Source: Candidatus Kapaibacterium sp. (GTDB lineage: Bacteria > Bacteroidota > Ignavibacteria > Kapaibacteriales > NICIL-2). From it: DNA of 37,893 nt. Under the pieces are notes generated by a model. That model was not told the DNA's origin and made no database searches. It saw nothing but the letters and a program-made list of their open reading frames with translations. The stretch spans positions 1 to 37,893 of the forward strand of contig JAEUSO010000002.1 in NCBI GenBank assembly GCA_016788605.1, read 5' to 3'. Below, one piece after another: positions 18,436-26,948 of this stretch (the stretch's first letter is position 1; each line of letters begins with the position of its first letter). The translations under genes and the position numbers were made by a program.

Positions 18436-20084
18436 GTACCAAGAACCACAACGCTCAATCCCGCGCCGGCGACCATCTGCGTAAAGCAGCTACCGAAGAG
18501 GTTTCATATACCCGGTACCATGCCAATATTCATGCACGCGATGCGGCAGCAGCACCCGTGCATCATCATTCATTCATATCACTACTATTCAGGAGGAATA
18601 TCATGCTCTCAGTATTGGGAACATTCGTCGCAAGCGGCATCGTATTTTTTGCGTGGCAGCAGCAAGGAACAACCGCACCGCAGGGGGAGGCGGCGCAACC
18701 GGTGCGTCAATCAATCGCACAGCAGAACCCGGCGCAGTTACAACAGCAGGACGTACATCGAAACCAACCGCAGCAGAACGGCGGGAAGCGTCGCGCTATC
18801 ACAGCAGGTTCGGATTCGCAGAAACAAGGGATAATCATGACAACCGACTCTATACGGCTGTCACCCAACACGGATATTATCACGATTGATTCTTTCCACC
18901 GCTCATCAAATTCCGGCTCGATAACAGCAGATTCAATGAGTGAAAGTAAGATTAGAACCGATACATTGATCGCCACAACCTTTATCACCCCGACAGCAGT
19001 TATCAATACAAGCAACAGTTCAAAAACGTGGACGATTCCCCTTATCAATATCTACGAACCCGACGATGCAACATTGAAGCGGCTTGGCTTTGTGCGGTTT
19101 GGGAAGGATAGTGTTGTGCGCCACACAACAACGGTTGAACCATGGCGTTCAAGTATCGAGCGGACAACGTTGTTCCCAAGTAACTCATCCTCAATGTTCT
19201 ATGTCACAACTGATGCGGCATCGAAGTATCCTGTATCGGAAATCCATGAAGTGTACACTGCCACGGCGAACGGCAGAATACAGATGTTCTCGAATGAGGT
19301 TATTGGTTGTTCCCGTCAATCTTGGCTGAAAGAATATCTGAAAGAGCGCGGTGAATGGGAGACGTTAGAGAAAATTGCCGCAGAGGAAAAGCGCACGAAC
19401 GACGACGGTATTCAGACAATACTTGAAGAAGTCACCGATTCATCGTTTGTTGTTGGCAATGTTCGGAGCGTGAGATCAGCAGTCGAGGCATCAAATCCTA
19501 AATACTGGATGAATACCGTCCGCAAAATTTATGTAAGCACAACACGCGACGAGCAACGGCAGATGTGGATATCCTACAGCAGCAAACTCTCGGAGTTACG
19601 GCAAGCGTACCGCGATAGCTGTGTGGTGCTTCGTGTGCGCTGCGGCGATACGGGCGTGTTCCATTTCCTTTACCGACCAACGCCGGAATTTTTAGCACAA
19701 CTGCCGAATAAAGCCGCGCTGCAAATCCGCGCAGAGCTTGGCAACCGCGACGCATTACAGGAACTCCGCCGCTCGTATAAAGGATGCACCTTTATGTCGT
19801 TCTGCCGCACCGCCGATGGCGCAATCCAGCAATCCAGCATTCTCGGCACATCATCGGAAAGCATCCGTGTTGCATTTACGCTCTCGCAGCAGCGCACGGT
19901 TCGCATCGCGTTGTACACGATGGCTGGCGGTTTGGCTGCCGAGATTGACCCCGGAAGCATGTATGCCGCAGGCGATCACACCGTTCCGCTCAATGTCCGC
20001 TCCGAATCCGACGGATTCTATTTGCTAACGCTTACCACCGCCGACCGCGAAAAAATCACACACCGCGTGGTGATAGATAAGTAA
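18432..20084 (+). CDS. Putative anti-sigma / single-pass membrane protein with Q-rich linker and T9SS-CTD-like (Ig-like) C-terminus
   Basis: Its ATG overlaps the sigma stop (ATGA at 18432-18435). One TM segment is present (MLSVLGTFVASGIVFFAW). The C-terminal ~75 aa are VRIALYTMAGGLAAEI..GDHTVPL..DGFYLLTLTT..HRVVIDK. No zinc-finger anti-sigma motif is seen. Confidence 0.7.
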   Translation: MSTKNHNAQSRAGDHLRKAATEEVSYTRYHANIHARDAAAAPVHHHSFISLLFRRNIMLSVLGTFVASGIVFFAWQQQGTTAPQGEAAQPVRQSIAQQNPAQLQQQDVHRNQPQQNGGKRRAITAGSDSQKQGIIMTTDSIRLSPNTDIITIDSFHRSSNSGSITADSMSESKIRTDTLIATTFITPTAVINTSNSSKTWTIPLINIYEPDDATLKRLGFVRFGKDSVVRHTTTVEPWRSSIERTTLFPSNSSSMFYVTTDAASKYPVSEIHEVYTATANGRIQMFSNEVIGCSRQSWLKEYLKERGEWETLEKIAAEEKRTNDDGIQTILEEVTDSSFVVGNVRSVRSAVEASNPKYWMNTVRKIYVSTTRDEQRQMWISYSSKLSELRQAYRDSCVVLRVRCGDTGVFHFLYRPTPEFLAQLPNKAALQIRAELGNRDALQELRRSYKGCTFMSFCRTADGAIQQSSILGTSSESIRVAFTLSQQRTVRIALYTMAGGLAAEIDPGSMYAAGDHTVPLNVRSESDGFYLLTLTTADREKITHRVVIDK

Positions 20085-20120
20085 CGGGCATTCAACGTCC
20101 GGCATGTTTCCGCCGTCGCT

Positions 20121-21398
20121 TTAGCTCCCGAACCGCTTGTGAATTTCACGTTCAAGATCTTCACGGTGGTTCGGGTGGGCGATGTTCATCAGTGCTGTTG
20201 CCCGTTGGTGTAAATTCTTCCCAAACAGATTCGCCGCACCGTATTCCGTAACCACGTAATGCACATGCGCCCGTGTTGTAACAACTCCCGCACCTTGTTT
20301 CAGAAAAGGGACGATTTTCGAGTCACCTTCCTTGGTGGTTGACTTGAGCGCAATGACGGGCTTGCCTCCCTCCGAGAGTGCCGCACCGCGCATAAAATCC
20401 ATTTGTCCGCCCACACCCGAATACTGATATGTGCCGATAGAGTCGGAGCATACCTGACCGGTGATGTCAATTTCGATAGCCGAGTTCAGTGCCACAACGT
20501 TCGGATTGGTACGGATGACTTTGGTATCGTTCACGTAATCAATATCTAAAAACGCGACTTGCGGATTGTCATCAACAAAGTCGTAGAGTTCCTGTGTGCC
20601 AAGGACAAAACTCGTTACAATTTTTCCCTTATGTTTTGTTTTACGGGCATTGGTAATCACACCGCTTTGTACTAACGGCAGCACGCCATCCGAGAACATT
20701 TCCGTGTGTATTCCTAAATCCTTGTGGTTGCCTAAGCACGAAAGCACAGCATCGGGAATTGCGCCGATACCCATTTGAAGCGTGGCTCCATCCTCAATCA
20801 ACTCCGCGCAGTGTCTGCCGATGGCGCGCGAGGTGTCGTCCGCCTTGGCACTGTAACTGACGTGCGGTAACGGCTCGTCTGCCAGAACAAACGCATCAAT
20901 ATCCTGAACAGGCAGGATGCTGTCGCCATGGGTGCGGGGCATGCGTGTATTAACCTGTGCAATTACATAGCGGGCGTTGGCAATGGCGGAGCGGACAATA
21001 TCAACCGACGTGCCGAGCGAGCAGTTGCCGTGTTTATCGGGCGGGGAAACATGAATCAATGCCACATCCACCGGCAGGATGTTCTTCTTGAAGAGCAACG
21101 GTATCTCGCTAAGGAACACAGGCACATAACCGCCGTGCCCTGTATTGACGATGTCGCGCACATGGCTGGATACAAAGAGCGAATTCATAAAAAAACTGCC
21201 GCCGATTATCGAGGGGTCGAACAACTCATTACCGATAGTGGTGATGCTGACAAGCTCCACATTGCGGAGTTCATCCTTTCGTGCAAAAAGTGCCCTGAGT
21301 AACACCGTTGGCGTAGCGGCACTGCCTTGAATAAAAACACGGTTACCGCTTTGAACCGCCTGAACGGCTTCATCTGCCGGGATATACTGAGTTGTCAT
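20121..21398 (-). CDS. Acetyl-CoA hydrolase/transferase family protein (4-hydroxybutyrate CoA-transferase-like)
   Basis: Family hallmarks are GNRVFIQGSAATP, LQMGIGAIPDAVL, HTEMFSDG and INSAIEIDITGQVCSDSIG..YSGVGGQMDFMRGA. Confidence 0.9.
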   Translation of the reverse strand: MTTQYIPADEAVQAVQSGNRVFIQGSAATPTVLLRALFARKDELRNVELVSITTIGNELFDPSIIGGSFFMNSLFVSSHVRDIVNTGHGGYVPVFLSEIPLLFKKNILPVDVALIHVSPPDKHGNCSLGTSVDIVRSAIANARYVIAQVNTRMPRTHGDSILPVQDIDAFVLADEPLPHVSYSAKADDTSRAIGRHCAELIEDGATLQMGIGAIPDAVLSCLGNHKDLGIHTEMFSDGVLPLVQSGVITNARKTKHKGKIVTSFVLGTQELYDFVDDNPQVAFLDIDYVNDTKVIRTNPNVVALNSAIEIDITGQVCSDSIGTYQYSGVGGQMDFMRGAALSEGGKPVIALKSTTKEGDSKIVPFLKQGAGVVTTRAHVHYVVTEYGAANLFGKNLHQRATALMNIAHPNHREDLEREIHKRFGS

Positions 21399-21434
21399 GC
21401 TTGATATATGTTTGTTTGAGTTTCTGGTATCCCA

Positions 21435-21443
21435 CGCAATGTA
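21435..21443 (-). promoter_or_regulatory. Candidate -7 box TACATTGCG (minus strand) upstream of the CoA-transferase gene
   Basis: The minus strand reads TACATTGCG, ending 37 nt upstream of ATG 21398. The same TAnnTTGCG pattern occurs at 25724, 36898 and 37416. Confidence 0.3.
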
Positions 21444-21631
21444 GCTCCGATGAATGACTCCGCAACACGTTGTTACTGCGAGTTACGCACTCAATGCGTA
21501 TGCACCACCATACGACGCGTATTACCGCAACTCTTTGTATTGAGAAAGCGGGTAGGTGGTAATCCGCGAGGTTGTCGGGCTTTGGTATAATGCAACAACC
21601 GAAAGTTGCTTCATATCCATCCCCACATCGG

Positions 21632-23209
21632 TCAGGACATCGTTCTTCGACAAATCCGAAGGAACATAGTATTCCGAAAGCAGATCACCAGAAGCAATAG
21701 AATACGATTGTATGACATTGATGTCGTGGCAGAGCCGGCATTCTTGATGTCAATCATCCAATGGATAAATACTACGCTGTCGTTGCTCCATAGTGCATTG
21801 ACGGATGCTCCCGCCGTACTGCGGAATTCGCGGCTGTTGATGTCGGGTTTGCTTGTTGCGCCATACTTGTTTTGCAGTGCGGCGGTGCGGCAGTACGTCT
21901 TTACCGGAATGCTTTTCCCGTTGGCGCAGAGCAGATACGGTTTGGTGTACATGTCTTCCAAAGTGATGTAACCGGTGGATGCGCTGAATGTTACCGGCTT
22001 TTCGCCAAGTGTGTTAATGCCGGCTTGCTGGGCTGCGTTGCTGTTCCGCAGGGTAACCTTGCCTGTGTAGTAGTTGATAGTGCTGAATTGCGGCGCGTTG
22101 TTCCCCATGCGCGATGTGGTGCGTGCGGCAATCGTTCCGTTGCGTGTATCGGCAACCGGATACGACAAGAACGTCGTGTTGAAGCGGTCTGCATCGCCTT
22201 CGTTATGCTGTAGTGATGCAACGCTTGTTGTTATAAAAGAATCCCGACCCGCATATCCTGCAACGATTACCTGACGCGGCACTACTGTTAATGCACTCTT
22301 TCCTTCCCGGTCGGCATCGCGTTGAACCAACGGCAGCAGTGTGCAGATGATAAGGGTATCGTCGGAGATAAAGCACGGCGAATGGGTGTATCGCGGCATA
22401 GCGAGTTTCTCCTCCAACGTTAGAAATGTCTTATCATCAATTCCGGGCGATAGCGATTTGCGCGAGGCAAGGTCGAGTGTGACGGAATACAAGAATTTTC
22501 CTGTTGCTGTCTCGAAGATTCGCACCTTGTCAATGCTCCTGTCGTACACTGCCACCTTTGTTCTGCGCGGGTTAAACGACATGCGGTTCATCGCTCCCAA
22601 CGGAACGCTGCTGCTTTCTTGCAACGGACTGAATACCGTCATTGTCGGTTTTTTCCATTCTGCGGATATAAACTGCACGGGCGTTCTTGCCTGATGTGCA
22701 TTACCATTATCCGCAACAAGCGGCTCGTTGGTTTTCAGTATCGCCGCTACTATGTCGTTGTTGGTTGAACGACCGGGAATACTGGTGGAATAGAGAAGGC
22801 GCGAACCGTTATCCCACGACGTAATGAATGTGAAATGGCTTTTCAATCCCACATCGCCGAAATAGAAATCGCTGGTATCGAGAAGACAACGGAACGGAAA
22901 GGAGGACTTTGTTATGTAGTCAAGTCCTGCGTAGTATTTGGGTGCGCGGATGATGCCAATGGTTTCAATATCTCCCTGTTGTGCAAGCAGTTTGCCCACG
23001 CCTGCAATGCGGTCGTCGCCACAATGCGAGGAAGCTGGTGTGATATACAGAACGACGAGTTTTTTGCCGTCGGGTAGAGTCAGCGTTTTCCGGAGTTGTT
23101 CGATGGATTGCGAAGAACCGGAGAATGGAAACACAGTGGGGATACCCGTTTGTGCAACTGTGGTTTGCATGATGGAAACAATGGCAAGAAAAACAGCAAA
23201 TGGTTTCAT
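21632..23209 (-). CDS. Secreted hypothetical protein; 3' end probably frameshifted (see findings)
   Basis: The signal peptide is MKPFAVFLAIVSIMQTTVAQ, with AGGAG 8 nt upstream of the ATG. The last ~35 codons (..SMSYNRILLLLVICFRNTMFLRICRRTMS) look non-coding, while another frame continues protein-like to 21522. Confidence 0.7.
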   Translation of the reverse strand: MKPFAVFLAIVSIMQTTVAQTGIPTVFPFSGSSQSIEQLRKTLTLPDGKKLVVLYITPASSHCGDDRIAGVGKLLAQQGDIETIGIIRAPKYYAGLDYITKSSFPFRCLLDTSDFYFGDVGLKSHFTFITSWDNGSRLLYSTSIPGRSTNNDIVAAILKTNEPLVADNGNAHQARTPVQFISAEWKKPTMTVFSPLQESSSVPLGAMNRMSFNPRRTKVAVYDRSIDKVRIFETATGKFLYSVTLDLASRKSLSPGIDDKTFLTLEEKLAMPRYTHSPCFISDDTLIICTLLPLVQRDADREGKSALTVVPRQVIVAGYAGRDSFITTSVASLQHNEGDADRFNTTFLSYPVADTRNGTIAARTTSRMGNNAPQFSTINYYTGKVTLRNSNAAQQAGINTLGEKPVTFSASTGYITLEDMYTKPYLLCANGKSIPVKTYCRTAALQNKYGATSKPDINSREFRSTAGASVNALWSNDSVVFIHWMIDIKNAGSATTSMSYNRILLLLVICFRNTMFLRICRRTMS

Positions 23210-23498
23210 GGTACACTCCTGAAATATTGATTGGATAAGGGCGGATTGCGTCCGCTGGTATCAAGGTTCGGTTGCCGGATGAGCGGCACACCTGTTGTAC
23301 GTAGTGCAAGCGGCGGGTGATGGCGCAGACACCGGAGAATCCAATAGGACTCATTTGGTGCTGCTCCGACCGTTCGGTGCGTGTATGTTCTACAACAGAG
23401 TTGCCGTTATTTCGCGCTAACCTTCTTTCAGGATATGTATTGAATGACGAACCCGCCCAATAACGAAGCATCGGAAATTATAGTTTTGGGTGGACGGT

Positions 23499-23540
23499 AA
23501 AAATTGTACACGGCGGTTTAGTACGGGGTATGTGTACAGT
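23499..23540 (-). terminator. Possible terminator of the transglutaminase-like gene
   Basis: On the minus strand the stem is ctgtacaca / tgtgtacaa-like, 9 bp with one G-T pair (23503-23511, 23532-23540). The loop is 20 nt, followed by T5. The large loop lowers confidence. Confidence 0.35.
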
Positions 23541-23563
23541 ATGACGAGGATTGGTAGTGTAGA

Positions 23564-25558
23564 TTACATGCTAAAGAGATAACGCAGGAGCATGACAGCT
23601 GCAATAAAAATCCCAACCTTCGTGCTTGTGCTCATCCCCGTATCCTCGTCATCGGCGGCTGCCACGGGTTGGGGTGTAGGTGCAGGTCGTGTCACTACCA
23701 ATCCCAATGTGTCCACAAGCTGATTCACAACCTTTTGAACTGAAGCGTAGTCCGCCGCCTCGATAACATCGGATTTACTTTTATACGCTATATCATACGT
23801 GTAGGTCTGTTTGCGGTCGGTTGTTGTAACGATGTACGAAAAAATATCGGTTTGAATGTTCTCGTCAAGCGATCCCATTGTGGCTGTGAAATCATAGTCA
23901 ATGATAAAACGAACGTTACACTCGGCTTTATGCGACCATGAGCAGGGGAATGTGCGGTTGGTGCCGTGGAGTGTATGGAGAACTTCCATCAGGTCGCCCG
24001 GAAAGAAGGCGGCTTTCTTTCTTTCTTCGCCGTCTTGGTTTGCAATAGTCCAAAATGATGGTATTGTGAAGCATGTGGTAATCGTAAGGCAGTGGCGGTC
24101 TTCATCTATAGTGTATGCGTATTCGCCGCCGTCTTTATTCGCAGTATCGTATGAAATAGAAGAATACCGTTTAGCATAATAATCAATGTATGATTTTTTG
24201 CACACATCCCTGCTTGCGGATACCTGTCTGTGCGCTATTCCCGGAAATGCCAGATAGCGGTATTCATCACGTATGTTAAGCGTTGCCATATCGCCGCGAA
24301 TTGTAAAATGCTCGACAACATTCCGCGAATACACACTGTTCTTTTTGTCCTTGAATTCTTGAAGTGACGGTGCGTGATTCAGGAATAGACCGCTTTGATA
24401 CCACGGTTCGGCGCAGTGCTCCAATGTAAAGCAATCGTACTGGTTTGTCGGATCAACAAGATATTGAACGCCACCGTATTCAATCGAGAGGATGACATGG
24501 TTGAAGCAGCCCAAGCAGGGCAAACGGTTCGGTGTGTCTTTCGAGAACGCCGAGTGAACAAGTACCGCTGTGGATTCCACCCCTTGTGTCTTGAGGAGGG
24601 TCTTTAAAAAGAGTGTCTTATCCTTGCAATCGCCATAGTTGGTTTTGGAAACATTGGTCGGACTATGGGGAACATAACTGTGTTCGTTCAGTGATAAGGA
24701 AAGATAGCCGACGTTTTTTTGGACGTGCCGCACCAATGCCTCGATAGCATGTTGTGTGTCCGCACATTCGGCAACAATAGATTGTGCGTAGTGATTCAGC
24801 TCTATCGAACTGTATTCATCCGACTGATAAAAGGGAAGCATTGACAAACCGAACTCAGCCCAGTCGGTATAATCCGAGAATTCCACGTGTGCCGCCGGAC
24901 TCCGGTGATTGGGGATGTTGTCTTCAAGGATAACTGCATCTATGGCTCGGCGTTCATACACAAAGACACCTGATTCGTCTAGATTGCCGCGTTCCACTTC
25001 GTGCAAACCGTTGTACGTCCTGTATGCACAGGTTTTGTGACGGTCATTGTAGTGGACGGTTAGACGGAAGTGATATAAAGGCACAGTAAAAGAAGTATGA
25101 AGAAAGTACTCGAAATGGCGGGTATAAATAGGGTCGGTATTTGTAACGGTGTACTCGTAGCAAATAATATCACCGATTTTCAAATCATGCACATGGGCGA
25201 CAAATGTTTTTGTACCCGTGATGACGTTCTCTTCCAACCCTGTTTCGCGCTGCAATTCCGAGAAGACGACCGTATCGGTTTTCTTCACGATTGTACCCGA
25301 CCTGTATACCAATACTGAATGAAGATTCCATGTCTCATTACTATCATCAATTGAGATTTGAAGGGGATTGGCATTAGAAAAATCATTGTAACTATTAATG
25401 CGGATTGCCATCTTTTTATATGTTTTCAGACAACCGCTGCTGTATCGAATCTGATACTCTGTCAGAAGGTATGAATACTGGGATTCTGCGTGGAGTAGAT
25501 CTTCGGGAAAGTCCTCACGATCTTCAATCCACTCTTCTTTTGCTGCCACCATGACCAC
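23564..25558 (-). CDS. Transglutaminase-like cysteine-protease-fold protein (DUF3857/transglutaminase-core architecture) with C-terminal TM anchor
   Basis: The core motif is NYGDCKDKTLFLKTLLKTQGVESTAVLV. There is no N-terminal signal peptide (MVMVAAKEEWIEDRED). A C-terminal acidic/Pro linker is followed by the hydrophobic tail VGIFIAAVMLLRYLFSM. Confidence 0.85.
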   Translation of the reverse strand: MVMVAAKEEWIEDREDFPEDLLHAESQYSYLLTEYQIRYSSGCLKTYKKMAIRINSYNDFSNANPLQISIDDSNETWNLHSVLVYRSGTIVKKTDTVVFSELQRETGLEENVITGTKTFVAHVHDLKIGDIICYEYTVTNTDPIYTRHFEYFLHTSFTVPLYHFRLTVHYNDRHKTCAYRTYNGLHEVERGNLDESGVFVYERRAIDAVILEDNIPNHRSPAAHVEFSDYTDWAEFGLSMLPFYQSDEYSSIELNHYAQSIVAECADTQHAIEALVRHVQKNVGYLSLSLNEHSYVPHSPTNVSKTNYGDCKDKTLFLKTLLKTQGVESTAVLVHSAFSKDTPNRLPCLGCFNHVILSIEYGGVQYLVDPTNQYDCFTLEHCAEPWYQSGLFLNHAPSLQEFKDKKNSVYSRNVVEHFTIRGDMATLNIRDEYRYLAFPGIAHRQVSASRDVCKKSYIDYYAKRYSSISYDTANKDGGEYAYTIDEDRHCLTITTCFTIPSFWTIANQDGEERKKAAFFPGDLMEVLHTLHGTNRTFPCSWSHKAECNVRFIIDYDFTATMGSLDENIQTDIFSYIVTTTDRKQTYTYDIAYKSKSDVIEAADYASVQKVVNQLVDTLGLVVTRPAPTPQPVAAADDEDTGMSTSTKVGIFIAAVMLLRYLFSM

Positions 25559-25723
25559 CTTGCCTTGTTATTGGGGTTGTAGTAAGAATAGATTCCGCTA
25601 ATATACAATCAATAATGGTAGTGCCGTTCCACTATGGCGTGAACGCAAAGGTATCTGTCTGTACCTAAACAATCAAGAAACGCGACCATTGTATTCCCTC
25701 TTGCCTGTGCCGTTGTGTGTGAC

Positions 25724-25732
25724 TAAGTTGCG
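25724..25732 (+). promoter_or_regulatory. Candidate -7 box TAAGTTGCG upstream of the yiaAB-like gene
   Basis: A 9-mer identical to those at 36898 and 37416 ends 41 nt upstream of ATG 25774. Confidence 0.3.
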
Positions 25733-25773
25733 GGTAATCTGTGAAAACGGTTTTACTCACAACACATTACAGT

Positions 25774-26184
25774 ATGCAACAGCAAACATCAACAGCATTT
25801 ATCGCCGCATCGTGGGTGGCATTGGGCGCAGGCATGATTGGATTTCTTGTCGGACTTTGGAATGCCAACCTGCTCTTGAATGAAAAGGGATACTACTTTA
25901 CCGTCCTGATGTTCGGCTTATTCTCGGTGGTTTCGCTCCAGAAAAGCGTCCGCGACCGCCTTGAGAATATCCCCGTTACCGATCTCTACTACGGCATCTG
26001 CTGGTTCGCCACGATTCTCTCCGTCGTGCTGCTGATTGTGGGCTTGTGGAATGCAACAATGCTCCCGAGCGAAAAGGGCTTCTATGCATTTGCATTCCTG
26101 CTTGCCCTGTTCGGCGCGGTTGCTGTTCAAAAGAACACACGCGATACCCTTCAGGCGCAACGCCATACCCCGCCGGAAGGGTGA
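25774..26184 (+). CDS. YiaA/YiaB family inner-membrane protein
   Basis: Two tandem two-helix units are present: [35 protein letters not shown] and [35 protein letters not shown]. Start chosen at ATG 25774. Confidence 0.85.
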   Translation: MQQQTSTAFIAASWVALGAGMIGFLVGLWNANLLLNEKGYYFTVLMFGLFSVVSLQKSVRDRLENIPVTDLYYGICWFATILSVVLLIVGLWNATMLPSEKGFYAFAFLLALFGAVAVQKNTRDTLQAQRHTPPEG

Positions 26185-26192
26185 GGGGATGG

Positions 26193-26280
26193 TTCTTTGA
26201 AAGCGTAAAGCAAGAAAAGTCGGACGATTGCAGCAACGTGGAAGAATAAAACAGGCGTTGTAGCTGTTGATTGAATCTAA
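26193..26280 (+). repeat. Left copy of the ~88-nt imperfect direct repeat bracketing AT-rich cassette 1
   Basis: Aligns to 26840-26926 with about 66 of 88 positions identical and one 1-nt gap (hand count). Shared blocks are ttcttt.aaag.gtaa.gcaa, gat.gcagca, aagaa.aaaacaggcgttg and ttgaatctaa. Confidence 0.75.
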
Positions 26281-26311
26281 GAATTGTTAAAGTCAATAGG
26301 GTATCAATAAA

Positions 26312-26767
26312 ATGACAAGAATTAAAGTTGGTGATTTATTTGAACTCAATACCACTAAAGGCAAGGCATATTTACATTACATACATACTGATAATACCAC
26401 AAGAGAGTTAGTTAGAGTACTACAAGGATTATACTCTGAAAGACCAACAAGCTTTGATTTACTGGTTGCTTCTGCAGAGCGTTACATTATATCCTTTCCG
26501 CTTAGTGCAGCTAAAAAGAAAAATATAGTAGAAATTGTAGGGTATTATCCTGCCTCAAATTTCAGCAAGCCTAAAATGATGAGAACAAAACATATCATAC
26601 GTGGTGAGTTTTTAGGATGGCACATAATTAACACTGATACTTGGCATAGACAATTAGTACAAACATTAACTCCTGAGCAAAAGATGTTATCTCCATGGGG
26701 AATATGGAATGATACACTTTTGATTGAGAATATAATTAGTGATTGGAGTTTAGATGAGTGGGAGTAG
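26312..26767 (+). CDS. Orphan small protein in AT-rich cassette, immunity-protein-like (hypothetical)
   Basis: 151-aa ORF in a segment clearly more AT-rich than its flanks. The N-terminus IKVGDLFELNTTKGKAYLHYIH resembles the GD.F.i.l..g.y.yg.v start of several polymorphic-toxin immunity families. No signal peptide is present. Confidence 0.65.
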   Translation: MTRIKVGDLFELNTTKGKAYLHYIHTDNTTRELVRVLQGLYSERPTSFDLLVASAERYIISFPLSAAKKKNIVEIVGYYPASNFSKPKMMRTKHIIRGEFLGWHIINTDTWHRQLVQTLTPEQKMLSPWGIWNDTLLIENIISDWSLDEWE

Positions 26768-26839
26768 TTAAGAATATACTTCCTCGCCATCGCCGATATA
26801 ATCGTTTTACTATCGGTCATTCACCCATCGCCGCCTGTA

Positions 26840-26926
26840 TTCTTTAAAAGAGTAACGCAATAACACTTGGGTGATGGCAGCACCTCAAAGAACAAAACAG
26901 GCGTTGCAACTATGACTTGAATCTAA
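26840..26926 (+). repeat. Right copy of the direct repeat bracketing cassette 1
   Basis: See 26193-26280. It is preceded by tcacccatcgccgcctg (26821-26837), which resembles tcacccatccctccccctg at 36784-36802. Confidence 0.75.
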
Positions 26927-26948
26927 TCCTGATTTTGCTGCGGAAATC

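Noticed and set aside
23210-23563. Possible cobalamin or TPP riboswitch in the long intergenic region. It has GGTG..CCGG..CCCGCC-like strings and CCTTGATACCAGCGG on the minus strand. The 168-aa ORF 22965..23471 also falls here.
   Set aside because: The B12 box, GCCACTG, the TPP CUGAGA element and the CUGG/CCAG P5 helix are all absent. The downstream gene is unrelated to either cofactor. The ORF has junk-like composition and overlaps the signal-peptide end of a real gene.
26821-26926. Canonical integron attC sites flanking the AT-rich cassettes
   Set aside because: I could not find complementary RYYYAAC / GTTRRRY cores or a consistent L'/L'' palindrome, and no intI gene is in the window. I kept this only as a hypothesis to test, not as a call.
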